From a virus (lineage: Duplodnaviria; Caudoviricetes): DNA of 36,441 bases. The stretch covers positions 1 to 36,441 of the IMG/VR virus record IMGVR_UViG_3300025018_000073; one strand, 5' to 3'. The position numbers and the translations under genes were made by a program. Below the pieces are notes generated by a model. That model saw only the letters and a list, made by a program, of their open reading frames with translations. It was not told where the DNA came from and made no database searches. Positions 1 to 10,506 of the stretch are shown here, in pieces (position 1 is the first letter of the stretch; every line of letters begins with the position of its first letter).

Positions 1-120
1 ATCAAGTCCACCATCAACTTCTGTATCAACTTCTGTATCATCTACATCAAGTCCACCATCAACTTCTGTATCAACTTCTGTATCATCTACATCAAGTCCA
101 CCATCAACTTCTGTATCAAC
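1..120. repeat. Terminal direct overlap (identical to 36322-36441) inside a 45-bp coding tandem repeat
   Basis: Bases 1-120 equal 36322-36441; unit ATCAAGTCCACCATCAACTTCTGTATCAACTTCTGTATCATCTAC; indicates a circular or circularly permuted assembly broken inside the repeat. Confidence 0.95.
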
Positions 121-435
121 TTCTGTACCATCTGCATCAAGATCTGGCACAACATCTTTTATTTTATTTTTTTCATATTCTGCATCAAGATCTGCTTGTT
201 TTTTTGCTTGAGCATCTGCATCTTTTTTTGCTTGAGCATCCAATTTTGCCTGTGCTTTTGCATCTTTTTTTGCTTGTTTTTTTTCTGCATCTGTCATTTC
301 CTTAACTTTTGCAACTAATTCAAAACCATTTCTAATATAAAAACCAACATTTTCCTCTTGGATATTTGCTGTTTTTCAAAATTGTACACCATTAAATGTT
401 CTATTTGTAACATTTACTACTTTTACTAATTTCAT
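1..435 (-). CDS. Low-complexity protein downstream of the major capsid, 5' part (continues across the junction to TAA at 36250)
   Basis: ATG 435 MKLVKVVNVTNRTFNGVQFGKTANIQEENVGFYIRNGFELV, then Ala/Lys-rich segment, then acidic (VDDTEVDTEVDGGLD)n repeats; open across the circular junction. Confidence 0.8.
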
Positions 436-483
436 AATAAAAAAATTATAAATATAAAATGTATTATAATACAATACTTTTTT

Positions 484-520
484 ATAGTATTTTGTTTCCT
501 GTTTTTTTCAATGTCTTTTT
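484..520 (-). promoter_or_regulatory. Late-type promoter AAAGACA-TTGAAA-16bp-TACTAT
   Basis: One of 8 copies of the AAGACATTG motif with a 16-bp spacer, each upstream of a structural gene. Confidence 0.6.
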
Positions 521-527
521 AATCAAT

Positions 528-568
528 CAAAAGAAAAAACCCAACCTGTGATGGTTGAGTTTTCTTTT
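528..568 (-). terminator. Intrinsic terminator after the major capsid gene
   Basis: Imperfect inverted repeat aaaacccaacc / ggttgagtttt flanked by A/T tracts, 26 bp past the capsid stop. Confidence 0.6.
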
Positions 569-593
569 AAGGTTAAGGATTTTAAACTTAAAA

Positions 594-1763
594 TTATCTA
601 ACTTTTGCATTTTTCAAAAGTCCTGTCATTTCTTCATTTTCAACTTGAAAATCTAATCTCATTGTAATCACAAAATCTGTTGCTCTTTCTTTTGGCACTC
701 TATCTGGCTCAATTGTAATATCTCTTTGTATACCATATATAAAATTATATGATGGTGTAAGTATTACATCTGCCCCATCTGATGTTGTTTCTGTGATTGT
801 ATTTTCTGTTGTAACTGTATATATATAACCAAATGGTAATGCATCTGTAAGTGCAAGATGTGTGACATCTGTAACTGTATCAATTGTTGTTGTAAATTCT
901 TTGTCTTGATCAAGTGCAATTGTAATCTCATCACCTGCTGTTGCACCTGTTGTATCATCAACTGTTATGCTTGTTGCTCATGCAACTGGTGATGCTGTTA
1001 ATGTTGCTGTGAAACCACTTGCAACTGCAACTACTCTATCAATAGACATTAAATTTGCTTTTGTAAAATCAATCCCAAATGCACCATGTTTATTTACAGT
1101 GTTATTTGATGCCTCATATTTTACTTCATAATCAATAGCAAGATCATCTGGCATATACCATTTATTTAATACTTGTCTGTATTTTGTAGCGATTGATTTT
1201 CTAACTTTTGCAAGTTTTTCTTTATCAATATATCTATCTGTAAAAGTTCAAGTATCTGATGCATCAACAACAACTCAACTTGCCTCAATTTTTTTAATGA
1301 AACCATCAAACATTTGTAAAAGAGATGTTGGACTTGTAAGTTTTCTTGAGTATAAAGATACTCTTTCAAGTTGGTTTGCAACTTTTTTTGCAACCATTTC
1401 CATCATGTGTTCTTTAAATGCTGATCCTTCAATATTGTCTTCTAATTCATCATCCAATATTCTAACTTCCCCAATTACTTCTTGTGCAGTAAGAGTGATT
1501 TTTGTTGGTGTTGCTGTCGTTCTTTTACCTGTATCAAGTGCAACTCCTCTTTGTGCTGGATATAAAATTTCATCTGATATTCAAATTTTTCAAATAACCT
1601 TTTGAGGTTTATTCATCCTTACAACTCTTGCTGATTTTAAGATCACACTTTCATCAACTATATAGTCAATAAATTTGTCTGCTTGTTCTTCATTTAAGTG
1701 TATAAGAGATGAACTATCACCACCATTAAACACTTTATCAATTTTTTCTGCTTTAGTTGGCAT
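594..1763 (-). CDS. Major capsid protein (HK97 fold, PBSX XkdG-like), 389 aa
   Basis: With TGA=Gly: LNEEQADKFIDYIVDESVILK..VIGKIGISDEIL..DDELEDNIEG..FDGFIKKI..NFIYGIQRDITIEPDRVPKERATDFVITMRLDFQVE; follows scaffold/protease. Confidence 0.9.
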
Positions 1764-1823
1764 AATAATTATATATTATAATATAAAGTAAAATATTTTT
1801 GCATGTATTGATTTAAAAAATCA

Positions 1824-2255
1824 CTAATTTAAAATTTCTAAACTATCCCAAATATTTTCTCATTGTTTTTCAACAACTTCTGTTGCTTGTTTTGAGATAC
1901 CTTTTGCACTTTCAACTGTTTCCAATCTTTTAATGATTGTATCATTTCAAGTTGCAATTGTTTCTTTTAACTCATTAACTTGATCTATAAGACCTTTTAT
2001 TGTATCTGCACTTATATTCAAAGATGTGTATTTTTTAATTTCAACCATTGCTTTTTCAAGTTTTTCTTGATTTTCTTTTTTAGCAATAGCCTCTGCATCT
2101 TCTCATGCTTGTGTTGTTTCAACTGCCTCATCCATTTCCTTTGTAAGGATTTGAATTTCTGCCATTTTTTCAACAACTTCATCCATTTTTTGTTCTTTGA
2201 TAAGTTCAATCATTTCTTGGTTTAAACCTGCCAACTTTTGGATTTTGTCTTTCAT
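1824..2255 (-). CDS. Capsid scaffold-like coiled-coil protein, 143 aa
   Basis: E/K-rich helical protein ending RLETVESAKGISKQ...IWDSL, resembling the C-terminus of XkdF-type proteins; directly upstream of the capsid gene. Confidence 0.7.
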
Positions 2256-2312
2256 AATCGCTTTACTATTATAAAATAAAAGTTTTTAATGTAGTGATTT
2301 TACATTATCTTT

Positions 2313-2350
2313 ATAATGCAAATTTATACTTTTTTTTCAATGTCTTTTTT
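2313..2350 (-). promoter_or_regulatory. Late-type promoter AAAGACA-TTGAAA-16bp-CATTAT
   Basis: Repeat motif upstream of the scaffold/capsid pair. Confidence 0.55.
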
Positions 2351-2539
2351 AATTACAAGAAAATCTTTGTATCAATCTGATAATTTTTCCAATTTTTCCA
2401 AATTTTCTTTTGATAATAATGGTGCTTTTGCCATCTTAAATATTGAAAAACTTGTCTCTGCCTCTGCAACTGCTGGCTTTTTACCTCTTGATATTAAAGA
2501 GATCCTGTTTACAATTACATCTTTTATATTGAATACCAT
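2324..2539 (-). CDS. Small head-morphogenesis protein (XkdF-associated ISL..PA segment)
   Basis: MVFNIKDVIVNRISLISRGKKPAVAEAETSFSIFK; reads through TGA 2372 to TAA 2324; alternative start at 2557. Confidence 0.6.
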
Positions 2540-2582
2540 TTTTAATAAATTAAACATATAAAATATTTTTAAGATCTAAAAT

Positions 2583-2981
2583 TTATGATCTCATCATTTC
2601 CTCTCTCACTCAAATACCCTCAATTGATATTCACACAAAATCTCAATCTTTTATTTCTTTGTATGTATCATCATCAAATTTAATACCAACAACCCATGCT
2701 CATTTTGGTATTGTTTCAAGTCAAACTGGTATCTCAACTGGTGCAATAAAACTCTCAACAAATTCTGCTGTTTCAATATCTGTCTCACTTTCATGATCAA
2801 CATTTACTGCTTTTGTGTTCAAATTTCTGACAAAATCATGTGCTGTTTTTGTAATCTCATCATCTGTGATCACATCACCATTTCTGTCTGTTTCAAATGG
2901 CACAAGTGCAACAAATAAAACTGTGTTAAAACTATTATCTGTTTTAATTATTTGCATCTTTTGATCTTTTTTTTCTGGCAT
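2583..2981 (-). CDS. Prohead serine protease, XkdF-like, 132 aa
   Basis: LVPFETDRNGDVITDDEITKTAHDF..NVDH..VESFIAP..IPKGAWVVGIK..IKDGDFVGISIEG (several Gly encoded by TGA). Confidence 0.85.
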
Positions 2982-3012
2982 ACTTTTTTTAAAAAAAATA
3001 AAATACATGATC

Positions 3013-3050
3013 ATAATAAAAAGACACTGATTTTTTACAATGTCTTTTTT
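3013..3050 (-). promoter_or_regulatory. Late-type promoter AAAGACA-TTGTAA-16bp-TATTAT
   Basis: Repeat motif upstream of the protease; here AAAAAGACA also occurs inverted inside the spacer. Confidence 0.6.
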
Positions 3051-3053
3051 AAT

Positions 3054-3293
3054 TTATATATAATTCCAAAAATCAAATTTTGGATCTGCTTTTCAATCAT
3101 ATTTCCATGATTGACCATCTCTTATATCATCATCATCTCATTGATCATCAATTATGATGTCTTTTCACTCTGAATTTTCCAAAATAGCCAATATTTCGCT
3201 CTCTGGTAGCTTTTGCACATCTTTGAGGTATAATCAATCAACTTTGTGTCAATCAAGCCTGTATGCCTCAATAATTTCATCAACATTTTTCAT
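3054..3293 (-). CDS. Small acidic protein, 79 aa; candidate immunity partner of the MuF peptidase
   Basis: ATG 13 bp after the MuF stop; D/E-rich; function inferred from position only. Confidence 0.6.
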
Positions 3294-3306
3294 TTTCTAA
3301 AAATTA

Positions 3307-4968
3307 TTAAATAAAAGGATCAAATCAAATTGATTTATAAAAATCTTTCATTGCTTTGTATATTTCTGGCAAAATTTCTTTTATAATTTCATTATTCATA
3401 AAATATGCCTCATTCAGATGTGCAAAAAATTCATGTGCCTGCATTTCTGTAATACTATTTAATTTTCATGATTTTAATGTAATATCAAAAATATTTTTTG
3501 ATCATCTGTAATATCTTGCACCATGTCATGCTCAAAGTTGCTCTCTTGTCATTGATCAAATAAGATCATAAAAAGATAAAACATGCTCTGATAATTGTGG
3601 TGATGTAATAAGTGTCAAAACTTCTTTTTCTCTAATCTCCCATCATGTTTGTGGTACAAATATTTTTCTCTTATATGTCAATATTTCCTCTTTCATGCTA
3701 TATCATTTTACTTTTTCAAGACTTGGTATTTTTTCAAATATCTTTTTTGCATATCATAATGCTGTGAGTTTTTTTAATTTCAAGATCTCTTTTATATCAT
3801 CATTTGTTTTATAAAGATCTAACATTTCATCAACACTATCTGTAAATAATACTTTAAATTTCAATAAATTTTCCTCTTTTGGTATTACAACATTATCAAA
3901 AAATGCATGTCATAACTCATGTGCCTCTGTGTATTGTTTTTCATATTCTGATGCCTGCTTTCACATATTCAATTGTTTTCAAAGGTTTTGCCAAAATGCT
4001 CTTTTTTTTGTTTTTATATAAGTGATTTGTTTTCAAATTGCATTAAAATATGTTGCTGGTACAACTTGTGTTGATAATTTATCATAATTTACTGGTTTTA
4101 TTCACTCATCAAATCATGTAAATACTGGCACCTCTGATTGTGTTTGATCAACAATATCTGCATTATCATTTGTCAAACCATAATCATCTGGTTTAAATAA
4201 TCTATAAACAACATTGCATCTGCATCATGGAAATCTTGTTGGCCTTGCATGTCATGATGCAAAATCTTGCTCATATTCAATCCATCACTCGTTGTCATTT
4301 TCTAAACATCAATCTGTTGTCCTGTCATCTCTGTGTGAGATCCATTGTTTCCATCAATCTTGATTATATTGTTTTCTATATCTGTCAAATTGTCTATCTT
4401 TTCACTCAATATATGCTTGTCAAATTTCCTGTGATGCAATAAGTGATGCTCTATAATTTGAAAAACTATAATCTCTTTTAAGTTCATTTGCAAGTTTTTG
4501 GTATCACCAACCATTTTCAATTCCTTGTGATATTACATTGTTGATCCTTTTTCTTGAATAATCATCAATGCCTTTGATCCTTGCTCATGCAAACTCATTT
4601 GCATATTTCAAACTATCTCATGGATCAATCCCAAATGTTGTATCAATTTTAATATCTTTTTTAAAAGATGCATTTAATTGTTTTGCTCAAATATTAAATC
4701 CATCCCTCATCATTTTTGAAAAAGATGCAAAATTATTTGTTGAATATTCTTTGGTAATAAATTGTTTTTGATCAATAAAAAGATCATTAAATAAAACCTG
4801 TCTATTATCTTTTAACTCTTGCAAAACTAATTGATACCATCTCCCCAACATTTTCTCAAGTATCTTGATATATTTTTTTTGCAATTTTATTAAATCTGAT
4901 CATCAAAGGTTGTAAAGTTTTTCTTTTTCCTTTTGTATCTTTATTTTATAAATTTTCAAATAAGTCAT
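3307..4968 (-). CDS. MuF (SPP1 gp7-like) minor head protein with C-terminal zinc metallopeptidase domain, 553 aa
   Basis: RASLIASQE..WKQWISHRDDRT..C..PTRFPGCRC (MuF core), then EAHELGHAFFD (HExxH) and HGARYY..HEFFAH; between portal and protease. Confidence 0.85.
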
Positions 4969-6256
4969 TTTCTAAGTCTGTTAAATGATTATAAAATGAT
5001 CAAGCCTCTTTTTTTAATATCTTTGCAACTTGTTGATCTGCTTTTTCCTCACTCTCTGTTTTAAGTTCATCACCTCAATCAATTTTTGGATACCCAATTT
5101 TTTCTCTTACTTCATTTGCTGTTAAAATTCAAGATTTTTTATATCATGTCAATACTTCCATTTGCTCTTTTTCATCTTTTGTATCAATGAAACTATAATC
5201 AAGATCATCAACTTTATATCACTCTGAAAATATTATTTTAAAATCTTTTAAAAGTTGGTTTTGTGCTGGTATGATTGTAAACTCATTAAAAGTCTCCTTT
5301 GATGTTTGAGATGTTGATTTGTTTGAATTATCACTTAAAAGCATATCATAAGGTACATTTAATGCAATTGAAATACTCTTTAAAAGTTCTTTTCTATAAT
5401 CAATAAATGCATTTGCATCAATTTCATGCTCAAGATCTAATTGGCCAACCTCAATATCAACAATTGCTGTTGAAAAAGCATTGTCCACACCTTTCATTTT
5501 TGATTTAATAAACTCTTTTAAAACTTTTTTATCTGCAACCGAAAAAGATTTTTTTTCATTTTTTGGAAATATCATTTTTGCTTTGATCATCCCATTTTCA
5601 AAACCTTTACTGTAATATTTATCAATTTGCTCAATTAAAATCAATTGATCAATTGTGCTTTCATAATAAGATGCTCAATAATATTTTGTCCTCAAAGATG
5701 TATTTTTAAACTGGTATACTTCGTTTAATTCTGGATTGAAACCACATCATTTTCATGTATTTTTCAACTCATTTGATAATGCTTTTGATCACTCATATAT
5801 TGCAATCTTATCTGCTCTTTTATCCTTTGGTGTAAAAGCATTAAAATAAACAACATCTGTGCCAATTTGTTGTTTATATCAATCACCATCCTCCATAATC
5901 AAAATTGTATCATTTAAAATTGGCAATAAATCAACAACTTTATCTGTACCATCTCTAATCACTTCAAAAAAAGCATTTCAACAAAGCACTTTATTTCTGT
6001 TTAAAAATTCTTGATCAATATTATTTAAAATTTTCAATAATTCTACATCATTTGTCTCAAAACCACTTGCAATTGCTGTTGCAATTTTATCTGTCAATCA
6101 TCAAACAACAAAACTATCATAATATAAATTTATAAGAGTTGAAAATCAAATGGCTGGCGTTCTTGTACCAACTCAAATTTGTTTTTTTTCTGCTTGTTTT
6201 GATCTTGGATCAATTGATTTTATAATTTCAATTGTATCAATTGTTTTTTCTGGCAT
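4946..6256 (-). CDS. Portal protein (PBSX XkdE/HK97-like), 436 aa
   Basis: CGNAFFEVIRD..YYGASY..ISIALNVPYDML..IIPAQ..GILTANEVREKLGYPKIDGGDEL; downstream of TerL. Confidence 0.9.
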
Positions 6257-6289
6257 TTTTTTATAAATTAAATATATAAATCATACTAA

Positions 6290-6325
6290 AATATATTTTA
6301 TTTCTGTTTTTATTCAATGTCTTTA
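6290..6325 (-). promoter_or_regulatory. Late-type promoter AAAGACA-TTGAAT-16bp-TATATT
   Basis: Repeat motif upstream of the portal gene. Confidence 0.55.
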
Positions 6326-6466
6326 TTTTTTAGATTTTCTTTTTTGTCTTGCTTTTAATCTTTTTTGTTGTGATCTTTTTATTTGAGCATCTGTTTTTAT
6401 TATTGGCCTTTTTAAAAGATCCATAAAATCAATATTTGTTGTCCAATCAAACCATATATTTTCCAT
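6323..6466 (-). CDS. Small basic hypothetical protein, 47 aa
   Basis: MENIWFDWTTNIDFMDLLKRP..K/R-rich tail. Confidence 0.4.
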   Translation of the reverse strand: MENIWFDWTTNIDFMDLLKRPIIKTDAQIKRSQQKRLKARQKRKSKK

Positions 6467-6473
6467 AATTTTT

Positions 6474-6599
6474 TTAATTATTTTTTAAATAATCATTTAC
6501 TTTTCTTAAAAATAATATCTCATCATTTGAGTAATTATCTTTATTTACTATTTTTATATATTTTATAACTACATCAAGTTCTTTTTTTGAAATTTCCAT
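6474..6599 (-). CDS. Small hypothetical protein, 41 aa
   Basis: Open frame, packed against the next gene. Confidence 0.3.
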   Translation of the reverse strand: MEISKKELDVVIKYIKIVNKDNYSNDEILFLRKVNDYLKNN

Positions 6600-6649
6600 A
6601 TATATTTTATTTATTATTTATTAAAAATTTTTTCATTTTTTTAAAAAAT

Positions 6650-6780
6650 GTAAAGTAAAGTAAAGTAAAGTAAAGTAAAGTAAAGTAAAGTAAAGTAAAG
6701 TAAAGTAAAGTAAAGTGTACTCGCCTATACAAAGCCTTTCAAAGCCTATATATAGCCTATCTAGTAAGCTAATTTAAGCC
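6650..6780. repeat. (GTAAA)13 pentanucleotide array followed by ~10-bp-phased AGCCT-type repeats, non-coding
   Basis: GTAAA x13 at 6650-6714, then cgcctatacaaagcctttcaaagcctatatatagcctatc; AT-rich flanks. Confidence 0.9.
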
Positions 6781-6841
6781 ATTATTTTAAAATATTTTAT
6801 TTTTTATAAATTTTAGTATTTTTTTATTTTATTTTTTTAAA

Positions 6842-6970
6842 TTATTTAACATCAAAACCTATTTTTTTGATTTTATTTTGATTTTCTATATTTTGTAAAT
6901 CAATATTTAAAAGTTTTATTTCATATTCTTTTTTTGCAATTTTCTTTTGTAAATCAATTTTATCTATCAT
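6842..6970 (-). CDS. Small coiled-coil hypothetical protein, 42 aa
   Basis: MIDKIDLQKKIAKKEYEIKLL..KKIGFDVK. Confidence 0.4.
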   Translation of the reverse strand: MIDKIDLQKKIAKKEYEIKLLNIDLQNIENQNKIKKIGFDVK

Positions 6971-6985
6971 AATCTATATTTAAAA

Positions 6986-7459
6986 TTAAATATCATATTT
7001 TTTTATTGTTTTTTCCATCCATTTCATATTGTCAATATAAATTTTTGTCATTGTTTTTTCCTCATCTGTAAATTTTAAAGCATCCATTAAATGTTGAATT
7101 GTCCAACCATCAAATGTTGGTAAAGCATCTCAACTCTCTAATCTAGCCAATGCTCTTTGATCTGTTTTGATCTCTTTTACAAGATCTGACAAATCAATCT
7201 CAAGTTTTAATCTTTTATATCTGATAAATGTTCAAAATAATGATGGTGTTTTTGGATACCACTTTTTTAAATTATCTTTATAAAATGCATCTCTATCAAG
7301 TTTAAAAAAATCATATAATATATCCAAAGTTGTTTTATTATATTTTTTCCAATCTCTTTTTAATATAGAATAAAATACACCTGTACAAACTCAAGTTTTA
7401 TTGTGTAAATCTTGGATTGTGTTTTTGTCCAAATACTCTCTTATTTTTTCAACTAGCAT
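6986..7459 (-). CDS. XRE-type helix-turn-helix regulator (probably two HTH units), 157 aa
   Basis: FGTFIRYKRLKLEIDLSDLVKEIKTDQRALARLESGDALP is XRE-like; N-terminal TIQDLHNKTGVCTGVFYSILK is also HTH-like. Confidence 0.7.
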
Positions 7460-7488
7460 ATTTAATTTGATAAATAATAAAATTATTT

Positions 7489-8976
7489 TTAGACAAGTTC
7501 AACTCATCCTCACTCATTTTCACCATCCAACCGATCCTGTGCTTTTTTGAGTGCAATTACAAGTGCATCCATCTCATCATCATGCTCAACATCTGGATAT
7601 TGTGTGATTTGCTCAATTACTGTATCTTGTCACTGATTGAGAAAATAAACATCTCAAACCTCAATTTGTCCTGCAACTCAAAGCAATCTTGTGTGTTTAT
7701 CTTTATGTGACCATACACCCTGAATTGGTAATCATCTTGCTTTTAGATCATCTGTCAATTTAACCTCAACATTATCCTCTTTTACAATAACATCTGGCTC
7801 AAATCTATTATTTATATTTATAATAAATTGCTCAAGGTTTCTTGGTGATAATTTTACACCTTTTGAGTAAATAACATATTTTTTATACTCTTTTACTCAA
7901 AGTACACACAATCATGTAAAATCTGACCTCTCTTTTGTTTTCGTTGCTGGATCAATTGCAAGTATTGTATAATCAAAATCAAGTGGTGGTACATAATATC
8001 TGATCCACTCCTCTTTTACTGTTTTATCTGCTGTATTTAGTGGTATATTTCTAAACTCTTGATTGAAATAAGCTGTCCCAATCCCTTGTTTTCTCATTTC
8101 CTTTCAAGTCTTTGGATCTTTTACAATTTTTCAATCTTTTCTCTCCATTAAACTTTTTTTATTCCACATATCTGGCCACAATATATTTTCAAAATTATCA
8201 TCACATGCTTGATACTCAATTGTTGGCCATTTTTTATCATCTCTCAATTGTTTTACAAAACAAAGGTTTCAAACTATTGTACCCAATGCAACCATCCTAC
8301 CTCATGGCAATAAAACATTATATAATGATGTAAAAGACCACTCCAAAAACTCTCTGGCCATGCGAGGATTTTTCACATCCTTGTTGTCTTGAGGATCATC
8401 CATGATGATCTCTTTTGGTCTTGATCATCTGATTGGTTGTCATCTTGTTACTGTTTCAATATAAGATTTATTTAAAAACTCCAACTCTTTTTGTCTCCAT
8501 TTATTCAATCTTTTATCTTTTGTATCATCACTATTTGTTGGTACAATATTTCCAAAAATATATGTAATTTTTTTATTTGTTTCAAGTTCTCTCCTAATTT
8601 TTCACAATCATTTTTCTCAAAGATTTTTTGATGCAACATATACAATACTCCATCATGGAAAATATAAGATCCTCCAAAGCATATAAATCAATAATGCTGT
8701 TGTTTTTCAATGTCATCTAGCAATGATAATATTTATATCATGCATCTCCTCATCTGTCAAAAGATCCCATATTTCATAATGGAAATCTGGTGTCTCAATA
8801 AATCAATTTGATCATTGTTTCCGATGCATTAAATAATAATCTGAAAACCAACCAATGTCATGGTATCATTTACAAAAGACATATTGATTATAAATCTCTG
8901 CTGGCATATCATCCAAATATTGATCTAATTTTGAAACCTCTTTTTTTGACAATATTTCATACTTTCAATAAATCAT
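7489..8976 (-). CDS. terL: Terminase large subunit, 495 aa
   Basis: ETPDFHYEI; Walker A IARGHGKTT (both Gly are TGA); RGSRPKEIIMDDPQD Walker B; nuclease motifs AIDPA..SDFTG and HDDEMDAL. Confidence 0.95.
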
Positions 8977-8999
8977 GCATTTTGCATTTAAAGGATAAT

Positions 9000-9887
9000 T
9001 TATTTTTGTTTAATCTCTTTTTTTTCTCTCATTTCCTCCAACCATCTCTTTGCCTGTAATCAATCATTTACAATCTCTGTTGGCTCTCATTTTTCAAGTT
9101 TAACATGCTTTAAAATATTGATAATATCAAAGTGTCACAAATAAGGTTTTATAATCTTATCAACAACAACTTTTTGCTCAATCAATTCTCATGTTTCTTT
9201 GTCTCTGATATTAAATGCTTTTCTGATCTCTCAATCTAATCATTGATCCAAAATCATACTTGTTAAATCCTCCAATCATTTCACATGTGCTTGCTCAAGT
9301 TTATTAAAAACCTCATCCCATTTTTTTTGCATATTTGATTTAAAATTTTTCAATGCCTCAAGTTTTAAATCCTCTTGAATTTTCTTTTTTTCAACTCACC
9401 ATCACTTACTTTTTTCCAAAGCATTTCAATTATCTCCTGTATTTATACCATACATACTCTTTAAAAAAGGTGCAACATCTATAAAATCACTCTCAAAATA
9501 TTCCTGTTTAATAACATCCCAATTATACTTTGCTTTTGGATTTGGTTTTTTCTTTTTTTCTGTTTTTTCTGATCATTTTTTTAACATTTTTTTAACTGAT
9601 TTGTTTGCTTTTTTCAAATCTTTTACATGTTGTGACATATTTGCATTTAATTTTTGATCAAAAGTATACCATCATTTTATCTGATCAATATTTTCCCACA
9701 ACTTAAAAAATCAAATATTTGCCTCTTTTGTTTTGTATAATATTTTACAAAATCATGCTGTTGGATCATTTATTTCCAATACTTCTCACTCATATCATCA
9801 AGACATAAAAAGATCTCCTTTTGATGGCAAAGGAAATCAATTGACAAGTTTTTCATTTTCATTTTTATTTTTTGGTGTAATTGCCAT
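9000..9887 (-). CDS. terS: Terminase small subunit with an N-terminal extension (alternative start 9638), 295 aa
   Basis: KYNWDVIKQEYF..KKVSGW, C-terminal KLEKGEPTEI; immediately upstream of TerL; frame open from 9887. Confidence 0.7.
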
Positions 9888-9929
9888 AAATTTTTTTATA
9901 ATAAAATAAAAACTATAATCTTTATATTG

Positions 9930-9962
9930 ATTATAGTTTTTTTATTATTTATTTCAAGTTTT
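9930..9962 (-). promoter_or_regulatory. Sigma70-like promoter AAAAAC-TTGAAA-16bp-TATAAT with overlapping inverted repeat
   Basis: -35 at 9957-9952, -10 at 9935-9930; inverted repeat aaaaactataatc / gattatagttttt spans about 9908-9941. Confidence 0.75.
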
Positions 9963-9977
9963 TATATTTTCTTGATC

Positions 9978-10175
9978 TTAAATAAAAAATTCTTTTACAT
10001 GATCAATTTTTATATTTCATTTATCAAATATTGATATACAAAATGTTTTAAAATTTACATCATCTTTTACTTGCTGTACTTTTTCATGTAATTTTAAAAA
10101 GTCTCCTCATAATCTTGAAACCATTACAATATTATTTACAAAATGATTTACTTTTTCATGCTCTGGTAATTCCAT
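9978..10175 (-). CDS. Hypothetical protein, 65 aa
   Basis: Open frame under code 25, tightly packed. Confidence 0.5.
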
Positions 10176-10176
10176 A

Positions 10177-10506
10177 TTACTTGTTATTTATAACATAAAA
10201 TATTTTTAATTCTGCACCATGTACCTCTGCAACTTTTTTCATATTGTTGATGGTAATTTCTCAAGCAATAAACTCATCAATCATCACTTTTGTAAATGGT
10301 TTTGATGTCCTCAATGATACTGTTAAAACTTCATGATATAAATCATCAATGATCTTAACTCAATAATTATTTGCAATTGCTTTCCTTTTATTTTCACATG
10401 CAATAAGATCATTTAAAGCATTTTTTTCTGTATCTCAAAATCATACTGGACTTTCTTGAGTATTTTTAAAATCTTTGAAAGTTGCACATATTTTGTCACC
10501 ATCTTT
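10177..10506 (-). pseudogene. Start-less in-frame continuation of the 10507-10815 gene after a TAA
   Basis: KDGDKICATFKDFKNTQESPVGFGDTEKNALNDL is protein-like and open for about 109 codons with no early ATG. Confidence 0.45.

Noticed and set aside
1-135. 45-bp repeats as a CRISPR array or true terminal repeat
   Set aside because: Units are head-to-tail with no unique spacers, lie in frame within a gene, and the end overlap is best explained by assembly circularity
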